From the NCBI GenBank assembly GCA_012295275.1, contig CM022672.1, positions 6,262,001 through 6,326,000 of the forward strand: a DNA stretch of 64,000 nucleotides. Reading direction: 5' to 3'. Below are positions 1 through 14,270 of the stretch, piece by piece (within the stretch, counting starts at the first letter, position 1; every line of letters starts with the position of its first letter). This stretch comes from Chrysomallon squamiferum. Lineage: Eukaryota; Animalia; Mollusca. Both the position numbers and the translations under genes were made by a program. The notes beneath the pieces are model-generated. The model searched no databases, was not told where the DNA came from, and saw only the letters and a list, made by a program, of their open reading frames with translations.

Positions 1-429
1 TTGTTATATCAATTTTTAAGAAAAAACGTATTTTACATTTTATATGACAAATTTGGTCACTAAGTGGTATTTGAAAAAGATCATTTAATGCTAATAAAAT
101 AAATAATAAAAAATGTGTTGTTATCAGAACGATGTTACTGTTAGATTTATTTTGTCACTTTCATTTTTAATATATGTGTGTTTTATATAAGGTATGTATG
201 TATGTGTGTGCATGTGTGTATGTATGTTTATGTATGTATGTGTGTATATATGTCTGTATGTATGTATGTATTAAAGAAACACCCAAGACTGATCCAGCAA
301 ACAAACTGATATCAGGCCAGAGCTCTGTTAGATAAATTATAGTCCAGTCATCTTTTGAAATATGTAAATAATTTATAAGTAAAAAAGTAAAAAATATTTA
401 ACTGAATATTCTCCACAGACATTACTTAC

Positions 430-1773
430 TCATTGCCTCCATATTTGACAAATTCACAGATAGAGTTTAGTGTGGTTGTGCTCTGAAATCATAAAAGTAA
501 CATGTTGAATACTCCGAGAAAAATTATAACAACAAAAAATGTTTTAAGTGATATTCAAATACAGAATTAATTTTTAACAATTGTTTCATAATACTAAATA
601 TAATTTTTCTTGTAGATATGTAATTGTATTTAAGTATCATAAATACTAATGAATTAATTTTAAACAAATATTCTTAACATCAAATTTAAATTTGGCAGTC
701 TTTTGATATAAAATTGTTTTTACAAAATATCTAATTAATTCAAATATTAAATATAAATAATTTCATTTTGAATGTCGTTTAATGACATTCAAGTTATATA
801 AATTAAAAATTAATTTTTAAATTTTTTATATTCATTTTCAAAAATGTAAATATGAAATAAAATCTGAGCATTTAGTAATATTCAAGCAATGTAAACAGAA
901 TATGACAAACTACTATTTTTTAAATATTAATTCAATACACAATTAACATTAAACAATTATTTATAAATTTTCCGTTACCATAAAAACAAAATAATTATTT
1001 ATAAATTTTCCGTTACCATAAAAACAAAATAATTTATTTTCTACTGAAATATTAGATACTGAGCTAACAACAAATATTTAATAATACTGACTGTAGTATT
1101 AAATATAAAAATACCATTACATACGCATATAAAACTAACACATACTTTGATCAATGAATTTCTGTCAAAAAATAGTTACTATAAAAACAAAATAATTTTT
1201 TACAATCATTTAAGAATATTCAAATACAAGATACTGAACTCAGAAGAAATATTTAGTAATGCAAAATATAAAATTAAGAACTTACATTTGGTGTACAAGA
1301 TATTCTGTTTAGTACGTAGTTAACCCCATCTGATGACGTGTTGACTGGGGCGGAGTAATACTGTGCATCTCCCATTGACGCCACATAACTTACACAGAGA
1401 GTTAAAGAAATTACTACGCAATCTGATGTCTTAAAAACTTTTATAACATTATTTTATCTCCCAATTTTTTTTTTTTTTTTTTTTAATAGATCAGGAAAAG
1501 CTATGATTTGCACGCTATATATTTTCTTTAACTTACTTACTTATTTATTTATTTATTTATTTATTATTTTACTTTTATTTTATTTTATTTTTTTTCATAG
1601 TGAAGCTATCATTAACAGTTATTTAAGCATTGACTGGTTTGTGAATAATTATGCTCAAGTTTTGTAATGTTTGTGTGTGTGTGTCTACGTATCTGTCTGT
1701 CTGTATGTATGTACATACAAACATTATATGAATGTATATATTATGTATGCAGTTAATCCTAATTCTTTAAATA

Positions 1774-1810
<37 letters not shown>

Positions 1811-4527
1811 ATACTGTTATTATTAAAACACAGTGAAAACAAAATAAAAAAATAGAAAATATGTGCTACTAGGATAGCATTTAATAACAAATTAATTAAT
1901 TAATTAATGTGTATATGTGTGTGTTTGTATATGTACAATAAAACTAACACATACTTTGACTAAACAGTCTACGTCAAAAAGACTTAATTTCTCAAGACAC
2001 TTCCCCCCCCCTTGGTCCCCTCTTGTTCCCTTACCCATGACCTCCAACATTACATTGACTAATAAACATTAATAATTATTGTTTCAGTTCAAAGGATACA
2101 CAGCACTTGCAACATAGTAGACGATAAATCCTAACTGCAACACAAATGGAAATAACGGCCAGAACAGAGTGGAGAACATATTTCCAATTGCTCTGAAATA
2201 AATAGACATTAAGAATAAAATTTGATTTATTTCATCTAAGAAAAATGTATTGATTATCTGAGCTTTGATATTTTAATCTTTAATTTAATCATTTTATTTA
2301 TGTAATGTTGATATTTAAGGTATAAATTCTTGATATACTGTAAAAACGTTTGTTTGAAATTAGTTCACATTAATCAAAAGAAAAAATCTCTCTATAATTG
2401 ATTTTTGTTTTTACTTTTATGTAAAATGATATAATGAATTAATATTATATTTATTTATTTTATTAATTATTTAAATAGTATCATTTATTGTAATAATATT
2501 TAATGTAATATTATTTTAAATAATGTTATTTGATGTACTAATATGTAATGTAATAGCATGGCCGTAACTAGACTTTTTTTTTTTTTTTTTTTTTTAAATG
2601 AGGCAAGTTTTTGATGTCTTTGAAGTCAGTTAACTCTTTCATCGCAACGATGTCGATTGTCTTCAAACGGTAACCGTAGACAAACGAATTCATTCAGTGG
2701 ATATTGTTTCTATCGGAATAGACGTTTATATTTTATAATTTTTAAATAAAATCTTTGAATATAAAAAAAAAAAAAATGATAAAAAAAGATTAAAAAAAAA
2801 AAAAAAGATACGTCAATGTCGGTTTGAGATATTTGCCTCATTTGTCTCAACGTGAATACTATTTTAAATAATGTTATTCAACATTATAATATTTAAACTT
2901 ATATTATCTAATGTGAAGTTATTTAATGAATGGACAAACCTGCTGCCTTCTTTAATGAGCTCGATGGCAATTCTGATTCTTGTACACAGACAAAGCAGAA
3001 TCAGCATCAAAATCAACAACACAGTCGCACTAATACAACCTGTAGTTTAGAAAATAGTATTTAGTTAAGACACTTTACAACCTGTAGTTTAGGAAATAGT
3101 ATTTAGTTAAAACACTTTACAACCTGTAGTTTAGAAAATAGTATTTAGTTAAGACACTTTATAACCTATAGTTTAGAAAATAGTATTTTGTTAAAACACT
3201 TTACAACCTGTAGTTTAGAAAATAGTATTTAGTTAAAACACTTTATAACCTGTAGTTTAGAAAATAGTATTTAGTTAAAACACGTTCTTCTTTCTGAACA
3301 TCTCAGCATGTTTTGTTTTAATTCTAGCAGTCCTTCAAATCAACACCATTCAAATCATTATAAGTGTCATTTATACTGCTATTTCATTTTGAAATGATAT
3401 TATAAAAAAATAAAAAATATTGTTATTCAAATATGTTTTACTGTTATTTATTTTCATTACTCCATACTGTTTGTTAGTTTGTGAGTTTTTTTTTTTTTTT
3501 TATATAGCACTCCATTTTTACTAAAAACCACTTCAAGATTAACTCTGTAAAAACTTACCAAACGCCAGCCATGTTTGTTTTAATGAGAACATGTAGCTCC
3601 AGTTCTGAGAAAACAGATCTGATACGCCCATCGTTGCCGTGACATTTTGATTCTTCAGGTCGAAGTACTTCGTGTATGAGTAGTAGGTGCCTGCAGTTAG
3701 AATACACAGTGTAAAAAAGCAGCAGACACATGTACACTTGTAATGTGAATTAGTTGTTCTTATAATTATTACAGAGATGATTCTTCGTAGTGTTTGTATT
3801 TTAAACAACTTGTTAACATTTATAAAATATTTTGACTGATATTTCTAAATATTCTGATGATTATTAATAAACGTTGTTAATATATTTCTAATGATATTCA
3901 TAAAGTGACAGACATTCCAAAACATTCATAAATGTTTTTATGATATTCATAAACATTTTTTTAATGATATTCGCAAACATTATTAATTATACCCATAATC
4001 ATTCTAATGATATTCATATACTTTATTTTGCTCTCTCTTACATTTCTAACATTATTGTCAACAATCATCAGTTTAAATAATATCTGATTTTGAGTTCATC
4101 ATCAGTATCATTGAGAAGTTATATATATGTGTGTGTGTGTGTGTGTATGTATGTAAATGTGTGTGTATGTGTGTATGTATGTATGTAAATGTGTGTGTGT
4201 ATGTATATTTGTGTATGTGTGGGTGTTACTTACAGAATCCAAGAAGACCCAGAACACCAAATATTGTAATCCACACCATGATTCCAGCGATCCATCGCAT
4301 CAACACAATCCAGATCATAGCAATTACCATAGTCATACCAAGGCCTCTAAAATAACATAATACTATCTTCTAAACAACAGATACAAACATCATACCAAGT
4401 CCTCTAAAATAACATAATACTGTCTTCTAAACAACAGATACAAAATCCATTTGGAAAATACAATAAAACTCAATGAATTAATAATTTAAAATATTAAATA
4501 CATTGTATATTTTAATTCACTGATCGC

Positions 4528-4573
<46 letters not shown>

Positions 4574-4784
4574 TGTTTTTAGTACAATATATCAGGATTT
4601 TACTTGATGAATTAAAACTATATTTCTGGCATTTTATTTACTAATTTAATTTATTTCATACAATTTTAGTTTTCAGTTAATGGTTTTAATAAAGTATTAA
4701 GTATGCCTTTGATGAAAAATACAAATGGCCTAAATATCTTTTGTATACTTGAATGTTTCATATATATGTGTGTCCACACACACA

Positions 4785-4820
<36 letters not shown>

Positions 4821-5207
4821 CATACACACACTTTTTTGATACTTCTATTTGCGAAAATTTAAATAAAATGGCATGATAATGTAAGTACACATCCACCCAC
4901 CCATCCACCCACACACACACGTAATAAAATAATGACTGGCATCTTGCATTCACATGTATTTGTAACTTTATTCTATTTTTTGCAATTACTGAATATTGGT
5001 GTTTGTAAAACAATATCGTTGTAAGTTATTCACAATATATTTAGGCCAGTTGAATAAACCACGAAAGGTTCCCTTTAGAAATTACAAATGGCTGACACTA
5101 CTCACACAAGTAAGAGCCACCAGGAAGTCACGACGTCTTTGTAAATCATTTCACCATACTGATAATACTGGTAAAACAGGGCCATGTAGCTGCAGTCACA
5201 AAGGAAA

Positions 5208-5245
<38 letters not shown>

Positions 5246-5998
5246 CTTTATTTGTATTGTTTTTTATACTTTATAATTTAAATTTTAAAAATGTTATTTG
5301 TATTGTTATATATATATATATATCAATACATTTAACATTTTTAAAATTTATATATATATACATATCAATATAAATAACGTTTTAAAATTTAAATTATAAA
5401 GTATATAAAACAATACATATACAATATATATATATTTATATATAAAAATATCAATACAAATAACGTTTTTAAAATTTAAATTATAAAATGTGTTACAAAA
5501 TAGTCAGGATATTGGTTAACACATCTGACAAAGAGCATGCATTAATTGTTTAAATATGAAAATTCAAGCTATGTGATGGATTTAAAAAAAACATTGTTTT
5601 TGTTACTATGCACTAAAGCCTATGGGAAAGCAATCTGTATTACTTTATGTAAATATATATATTTTCATTGATAATCTCGTATAATAATAATAATAGTAAC
5701 AAAGACAAAACAAAAAGCAATAAGTAAATAAATAAATAATATATATAATTATTCCCCTATAGGTAATGCTATTTGCTTTTGCTTGTAACATAATAAAGCC
5801 AGGACTGTGTTTTTATTTTTATTTTAACATATTAAATAATTAGCATTTCAGATCCCTAACTTTTTTACAGAAATATCCCGAATTTAGTAAATTAAATGGA
5901 TCATTTTGCAAAATCCTACGTAATTCCAAACATGATCTATATTTATACTAATGTCTCTCGAAGACATAATAATATTGTTTAATTTATAATAATAATAA

Positions 5999-6029
<31 letters not shown>

Positions 6030-7679
6030 AAGAAGAAGAAGAAGAATAGAATAAACAAGGGAATAATTACGTAAGTAGGATAAGCGTATGTCGCGGAGTG
6101 ATAGTGTTTAACAAAAAAAAAAAATAACTCACTAGGATCCGCTGTCAAGTAACGATCCTGTAACGTTGGTACCGTCAGCCTGCTGAATGGCGTAGTTTCC
6201 AGCTGTCGTCAGAGTAGAGGTGAGATCTGTGATTTTATTGAAAATAGCAGGAACACACCGGCCTATGACTGTAAAATAAAGTAAATGTATTTAGAATATC
6301 TGTTTTATTAAAGTCAGCTTGTTTGCATGCATATATGTGTATGCGCGTATGAAGTGTATGTGTAAGTGTGTATATACAAACTTAATCAAAGACACACAAA
6401 CATACTTTGTCTATAATATTATTATTATTATTTTTTTTTTTTTTTTTTAAATATATATAAATATACGTGAAAAAGTCATTTATTTATAAATGAACTAAGA
6501 TAATTTTATATCTTTCACATTAGAAAACATTCATAAAATTTCTGGGATTTTTACAGTCCTCTCTTCCTTTATTTTTGTTTCATTTTTTTTCCCGTTAACT
6601 ACCTTGTTTAGGTAAATCCAAAAAATAATCAGATTCAATTAAGTTTTTGAACTGCACATATTTGAATGCTGCCATTTTTTTTCCTGCAGTTAATACAGTG
6701 TAAAAGACAGACCATTTTTTCTAGTTTCTTAGCATTTCGCTATGTATGCAATGACGTCACAACTGCCATTGTTAACAGGTAAAATGGCGGCAGCATTCAA
6801 ACGTTTTGTGACACTATTTATTACTTTACTGTCGTAATTTTTATTCGGTAAGTTGCACAAAATAATAATAAAAAAAATAACTTGGAAACAAAAAATTATT
6901 AGACCATTTAATCATACAGCTGCTGGTATAACAAAAAAAAAAAAAAAAAAAAAAGAGAAAAAGTAATAAATAAAAATTAAAACAAAATTCTTACCAGGTG
7001 TTGTTTCTACGTAATAAGAGGCACAGTCGTCATTGTCAACCAAGGTCTGAACACTTGACTAGAATACAAAAACGAAATTTTAAATATTTATTTGACAATA
7101 GCTGTAAAGACTTTTGTCTGAGATTACATTACAGTCAATAGTCATTAAAAGTATTCAAAACAAAATCGACATTAATGGAAAGGTTTTCAGTCTGTTTTTC
7201 CCTTTACCGTTTTTCAATAATATCAAGAAGATTAGTGGGGTTTTTTGTTGTTTTTTTTAATAATAATTTCAGTGGCTGAACTAAAAAATAATAAACAAAT
7301 AAATAAATAAAATGTATTATGAACAATTAAAAAATAATAATAATCAAATCAAATCAAATCAAATCAGTAAATAAATTCATAAATACATAAATAAAATGTA
7401 TTATGAACAATAAAATAATAATAATAATAATAATAATAATTAAATCTATAAATAAAAGAATAAATAAACAATAATAATAAAATTAAATCAAATAAATAAA
7501 TAATAAATAAATAAAAGTTTAATAAATAAATAAATAATAAATTTAAAATGTTTTTAATAAATAAATAAATAAACTTAATAAATAATAATAAATAGCCCCA
7601 GTAGGTAACTGTGACGAAAATGATTTTAAATTTACAGATAATTAAAATTACAAGTCTTAATTAATGTTTCACTGTTTAT

Positions 7680-7726
<47 letters not shown>

Positions 7727-8027
7727 CCCACTCACTGTTGCCGTTGGATCGATGTTGTATTTACACAGCATCTTATTTCTTTCGCTCGTCAACATCGTCC
7801 CTGCAGCTGTTTCCAGAGCGATTGTTTCTAGGTACACGTAATATGAACTCGTACAGTTCGACACGCACACCTACGACAAAAATAAAGTTGTCATAACATG
7901 AATTATATCGAAAACAAGGAATTCTTTAAAACCAGTGAAAATATTTACGAACGGCGGAGGCCGTTAAATTAAGGAAGTCGTAAAGAAAATAGTTTTTTTT
8001 TTCAAAAACTTATTTTGTTTATTTATT

Positions 8028-8075
<48 letters not shown>

Positions 8076-9221
8076 GGTCTCTGAAAATAACGAAATGATG
8101 AATTATTCACTTTAAAGTGAAAGGTAAAAGCGAGGTAATTATAAAGAACAAAAAAATAAAAAGAGAATAATCACGTTTTACTCTTAGCCGCTTTACAGGA
8201 AGAATGGTAAAGGATTTATATTACTGAAACTTCATTTTATTATAATAACCATTTCAGCCAAATAACAGAAACTGCTCTATAATATTTTTCTGTCTGCTAT
8301 TAGCTTGTAAAAAAATCCCTTAATTAAAGTGCATTTTGGGGGAAACGAAAAAAACAATCTGAATATATTATCCATACTTCTACGATAGACTTTATCTGTT
8401 GTCGTATACATGAGGGAGTAAATTGTTGGATTTTTCTAGCGTTGTCACTAAATATACAGTTGAGCGAAGCAAAATAAATTTGGGAAGTGGTCTAGGGACT
8501 TCCAGAAGTTCCGACTTGAAAGTCGATACAGTTTCTATCTTTGTATAAAAAAAATATATATATATTCAAATTTAAATATCGTCAGTTTCTGTATAAGGCA
8601 ATTGTCTTCATTTGCCTCAGCGTAGTTAAGGTCATGAAGATAACGTTTCTGTAACAAAACTGTTTTAACACGCATGTCACACGCGCACCTCTGACTTCGC
8701 CAGATTCATTCCAAGAAGTGTACGTTTATTTTAGCAGATAATTAATAAAGTTCCTAACTGCGGATATCCACTGAAACAAGATGATAATCTTTAATTTATT
8801 TATGTAGATAAAACTGTGTAAAAAAAAAAAAAATAAAAATAAAAAATAAATAAATAAATAAAACATTTTAAAAAAAATACCTGTGGAGTTGGGCAGCCAA
8901 GTGCAATGACACTGACACCCATTTTGGCACACTGGAGCATATCAAAGAACATCAAATACGGTTTGTCTCTGCAAATAAATTATTTTAGATAACAGACATC
9001 TTAAAAGTCAAAACAAATGAGAGGCAGAGCATAATATACAGACTACTGGCACATGACTAAATGTATTAAATGTTAATATTTAATTTAAAAAATAATAATA
9101 ATAAAACAAAATAAAATAAAATAAAATAAAATAAAATAAAGCCAGTAAGGTTGACAATTGCTACGTAAGAACGGATCTACAGAATGTTTGTCGTTTAATT
9201 TTACAATATACACGTGTGCGG

Positions 9222-9255
<34 letters not shown>

Positions 9256-9412
9256 TGTAAATATATAAAAATGTATCACTCTCAGTAGATAAAATAATTT
9301 TATAAATCTCACTTAATGAGAAAAATATTTTAAAATTTATAAACATTTTAAAAGTTAGTTGAAAAAAAAAGAAGAAATAATAAAAGTAAAAAGTTATCCG
9401 TTTTCAAGGAAA

Positions 9413-9457
<45 letters not shown>

Positions 9458-9594
9458 TTACCGCGGAAAATATTTTATTTACATCAGAAATATTTTGTAA
9501 ATTATTAAAAGTAAAAGATTATATTTTATATAATTACTTTTTAGAGATTTAAATAATCTGGAACATTTTTGCAATAATTATTATTATTCATGGT

Positions 9595-9646
<52 letters not shown>

Positions 9647-11635
9647 CAATTTTCGATAAAAATTATTTTTTATCACCACTTGGAAATGTCGTTGCAATAA
9701 AATAAAAAATAAAATATTTATTCTGTTATCAAGTAACATCATATAACAATGACAATATCAGGTTTATTTCATAGCGGAAATATAAATATATATTTTATTT
9801 CTAGTTTTAATAACAACGTTTACTTATTATAAGTTTCTTACGAAAATAATAGGCTTACATTTGACTCTATAAATATTTTCATTTCAAAGATATTAAATAT
9901 AAATGATTTTATGACATTTTATTTATTTATATTTACCCTCGTAGGAAGTATTATATTAGGCTTTTTTCATTCTTTCTTTCTTTCTTTAGGTTATTGTCAA
10001 CATTATATAAGTGATATGCAACGAACGAAATGAAAATAAATTATTAAATAATATGATGGTCATGTAAAAATGTACGTCCTCTTGATATAAATCGATATTC
10101 AATATAAATATTTTAACTAGATTTGTATTAAAGATATAAAGTTACTAACAAAATTAAAATTCAATACCAGACAAATTTTTAATTTTTAACTGTGTATGGA
10201 GAACTAAGCTTGAATTTTCAGTCATGGAAAAAGATGTTTAAAGGTAAATAATATGCATAACACCGTTTTGCCCTACACTCACACAAATGATCCATCACCA
10301 CAGAGGTTCCCACTAGAGTCGGTCGGGTAGACGAGTTTTACTGGATTACCTCGCAAGTATCCAAAGATAGAACACACGACCATTCCAGACACACAGATCA
10401 AGAAGAGAATACAACAAATGATGTCTGTGCATGATCTGAAATAAATAAAATCAAACAAACATAAATTACAGATTATACATACATACATACACACATACAT
10501 ACATACATACATACATACATACATACACAACCACACACATACATAATACATACATACATACATACACAACCACACACATACACATACATACATACATCTA
10601 TAATACATACATACATACATAGATACATGCATACATACATACATACACACACACATACATAATACATACATGTATACATACATACATAATACATATATAC
10701 ATGCATACATACATGCATTGTTATATTCGATTCCAACCTACTTGATCTAAAAAGAGGATTCTTTTTTTCATATAATTTTAATGTGAAGCAATTTCTTATT
10801 TACTTACGTCAAACAATAAAAGAGGATAATAAATAACTAGTCATTTAACTACAAGATATATCTGCTTTACACACCTAAATAAGAATATTAAAATAATAAG
10901 CAGCGTTTGGAATGGGAAATATGTGAACAGCGAATGTAAGCGCATAAAATATTTCTTTTGAAATTAATTTTCAGGAAAGGAATGACTTCCTTTTTACACG
11001 AATATCACTTTAAATAGACGAAAATTTTATATTAAAAATGCTAAAGTTTGTAATCAAACGTTACCTGTTTTTCAGTGGCCCTTTGAAGTTTGGGTCAAAT
11101 TTTTTTGGTTCACCTAAAATAAAAAGAGATAAAAAAAAAAATAATAAACAAATTGTTAGTTTATGAAAAAAAAAAAAAAAGAGAGAAAAGAATAAATGTC
11201 ATTTGATGACATGAAAGGTAAGCAACACGACTGAAACTGGCAATTTACATACAATTCAGAAGAGATTGTAACTATTGTTATACGAGTCTGAGTTTTTACT
11301 TGTTTCTTTGTGGAAGTTTTTTTTTTTTTTTTTTATTTTTTTTTATTTATTGGTTTTGTTTGTCAGTTTCTTTATTTTTATTTTATTTATTTATTTGTTT
11401 GTTGATTTTTAATTTATTTATTTTTATTCTATTTATTTATTTGTTTGTTGATTTTTATTTATTTATTTCTATTTTGTTTATTTGTTCGTTTGTTTGTATA
11501 TTTGTTTGTTTTTATTATTATTATTATTTTTTTTTTTTTTTTTGTTTCTTTACCTGTTTGATTTTATTTACTTATTTATATTTGTTATTTATTTCTTCTT
11601 TTTTATGTACTTCTTTTCCTTTTTGGTGTTTTATG

Positions 11636-11698
<63 letters not shown>

Positions 11699-14224
11699 TT
11701 ATTCTATTTTTGTTTTATATATAAATCCCTATAATTTAAATAAATTGAATGTGTCAGAAAAATGAATCACAAAATAAATAAAAGAATGAATCCATAACAT
11801 AAAGTTATTTCATATTAACTTCTGTTCTATTTTTGTTCTTAATATAACACTTAAATTATAGTTCTGGCCGTATTATGAGATTTGTGTTAAGAGTATTGAA
11901 GTATTCTATATAATTTCACTTAATACTATCAATAGAATACACTTTCGGGGATTATGGACAGTTTAACATAGTGACTGTATTATGTTCTGTTACCTAACTG
12001 AACACTAAGGAATATATTTTTCAAGGACTCTAAATAAACCAAAATATGATAGTTTTAGCTAAATCGAAAGATGCTAGTAAATATACTTTTCACTGTTTAT
12101 GTCAGTGTGTTAGCTAACTCGGGAATTAGTAAGGAATTACCTTTTAAAATTATTTGGTAAACATACCAGGTAAGTATGTTAAAATGATAGGTATCTCAAC
12201 GAATGCGTTTTTTTTTTCAAAGAACTGTGGCAAATATCAAATGAAAATAAGTTAGTACATTAGCTGTCTCAGGAATTACTAAGATATATACTTTTGTAGG
12301 AACCGTAGCAAATACGATATGTGAAGAGTTAGCTAACTAAAGAGGTATTATGAAATACATTTTTAAAGGAAAATGGAAAATACATACAAATGTGTGTGTG
12401 TTGTAGAATCGTAGAATTACAAAATATAGTTTTTGTTTTCCGATACATAACAAACATGGTCAACAATACTGTTGTTCTATATCAAACCAAAACGATTGTG
12501 TAATTTTGTGAAATATCGTTAAACAGTGAGTCACTGTGTGTTTAGCAATAAAGGTTTTTACACAAGTGCCATACAACAGCCATTAAATAGTGTCATATAA
12601 TCACATGCAAATATCTGCTCTGTAATAAACATTTGAGCCCTGTTTATTTATGGTTGTTTATGAGACATTATAAATAGATATGTACTGATTCACTAGACCT
12701 GCCAGTATTCAGTTATTTCATGTTTTATTGTTGCAAAAATTGGTTTGGTTTCAATTACGTTTATAGCACGTTTTACCCAGAAGTGAATACTTGCAATCTG
12801 AACATTATCATAATTTTTTGTTTTCTAATTTATTTTTTATTTCAGTTCTAGAAAATATAAGTAACGCAGATACGTACAAACATATTCAAAATCACAAACT
12901 TTTATGCTCGCGGTTCTTAAACTTTTTTATTGATATTTCAGAATATCTTTCGTCTATGTTCAACAAAACGTTACTCAAAACTATAAAAGGGTCTTAAAAG
13001 GGTGTGTGTATTGTATCCCCAGTTTGGAGGTTCGTATTCACTTATATCTTTTAGATATTGAATGTGTGTGTACCCATACGTAAATCTTCTATTATGTTTT
13101 CTGTATAATGTCAGTACAAAACCATTGCCTCTCTCAGAGATACCTAAAAATCGTTGTCCATTCACCATTAACCTTGCGATCATTTTTAAAATGAGTACAG
13201 AATACAGCAATACATTATAAATACAATTATTTTCCGTCCAGTTAAAGAACAAAATAATACTTTGATTGTTGCCTTACCGGGCTATTCTGTATTCGCTAAT
13301 ACATTATTTAGTTAAAACATCTGGCGACCACCTTGAAAAATAGCAAACATATTTTCAGTGAACAAACCATACATGGTTTATTTATATGTAGTGAGGATAT
13401 ATCTGAAACAGCTTTTGCGATATTTTTACATTCTTTTATACGTATTTAATGAAAGTTTTAATTTTGTAAAAAAAATTGTGTTTTTTTTTTTTTTCCTCTT
13501 TTTAAATAATTGTGAAGTTTGACATATTATGTGATTTTATATTAAATTAAAGTTTATAATAACAATAATAAGTATAAATTAATCAGAACTGGTATAGAAA
13601 AAAAATATATATATCTTATATGTAGTTTACATTCTGCATGAGGTATATAATCGATTTATCGAGGGAATCGATATAATCGTCCAACGGTAACAAATCATTA
13701 TTGGCTAAAAGAAGGTGAATAGACTGGTGTTTGGTGTTTGGTCTGTTTCTTCTATTGCTAAGAGATTTTTGTCAGTCGACTTTAATATCGGTCACTTTTA
13801 GTGTCTTTGACCACAGATCTAGTTACAATGTCTATTGTTGTATTCTGCTGACGTCATGTCAGTAAACATACTCGCCCCTCTATAGAAAGTCACGAAGAGT
13901 CTATTTTTAGACTATTGACGTGGGGTAAATTTTGTTTATTTTATTTTTAATATTGCACTACAGCATGGCGTGTATTGTTGTAAGGAGTATTTATATACCT
14001 GTTCGTGATTTAAAGCCAAATACACTTTTGTGTTAGAAGGTCATAGAAATAATATATGTCCCAGATACGTTTTGTAGGCCTAGCCTATTTACTATCGTTG
14101 ACGCTATTGTTGTTGTTATATTATTAATATTATTATTATTTCTGTTATAGTTATTATTAATATTATTTTTAGTATTGTTTTTGTTGTTGTTCTTATCGTT
14201 ATTATTATCATGGACATAATAGCC

Positions 14225-14270
<46 letters not shown>

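Noticed and set aside
3035-3283. Regular 42-bp repeat resembling a CRISPR array
   Set aside because: Units are contiguous with no unique spacers, there are no cas genes, and the context is a eukaryotic intron.
10473-11734. ORFs rich in MYVC, poly-I, poly-Y and poly-F
   Set aside because: They are translations of (ACAT)n, (TTA)n and poly-T microsatellites.
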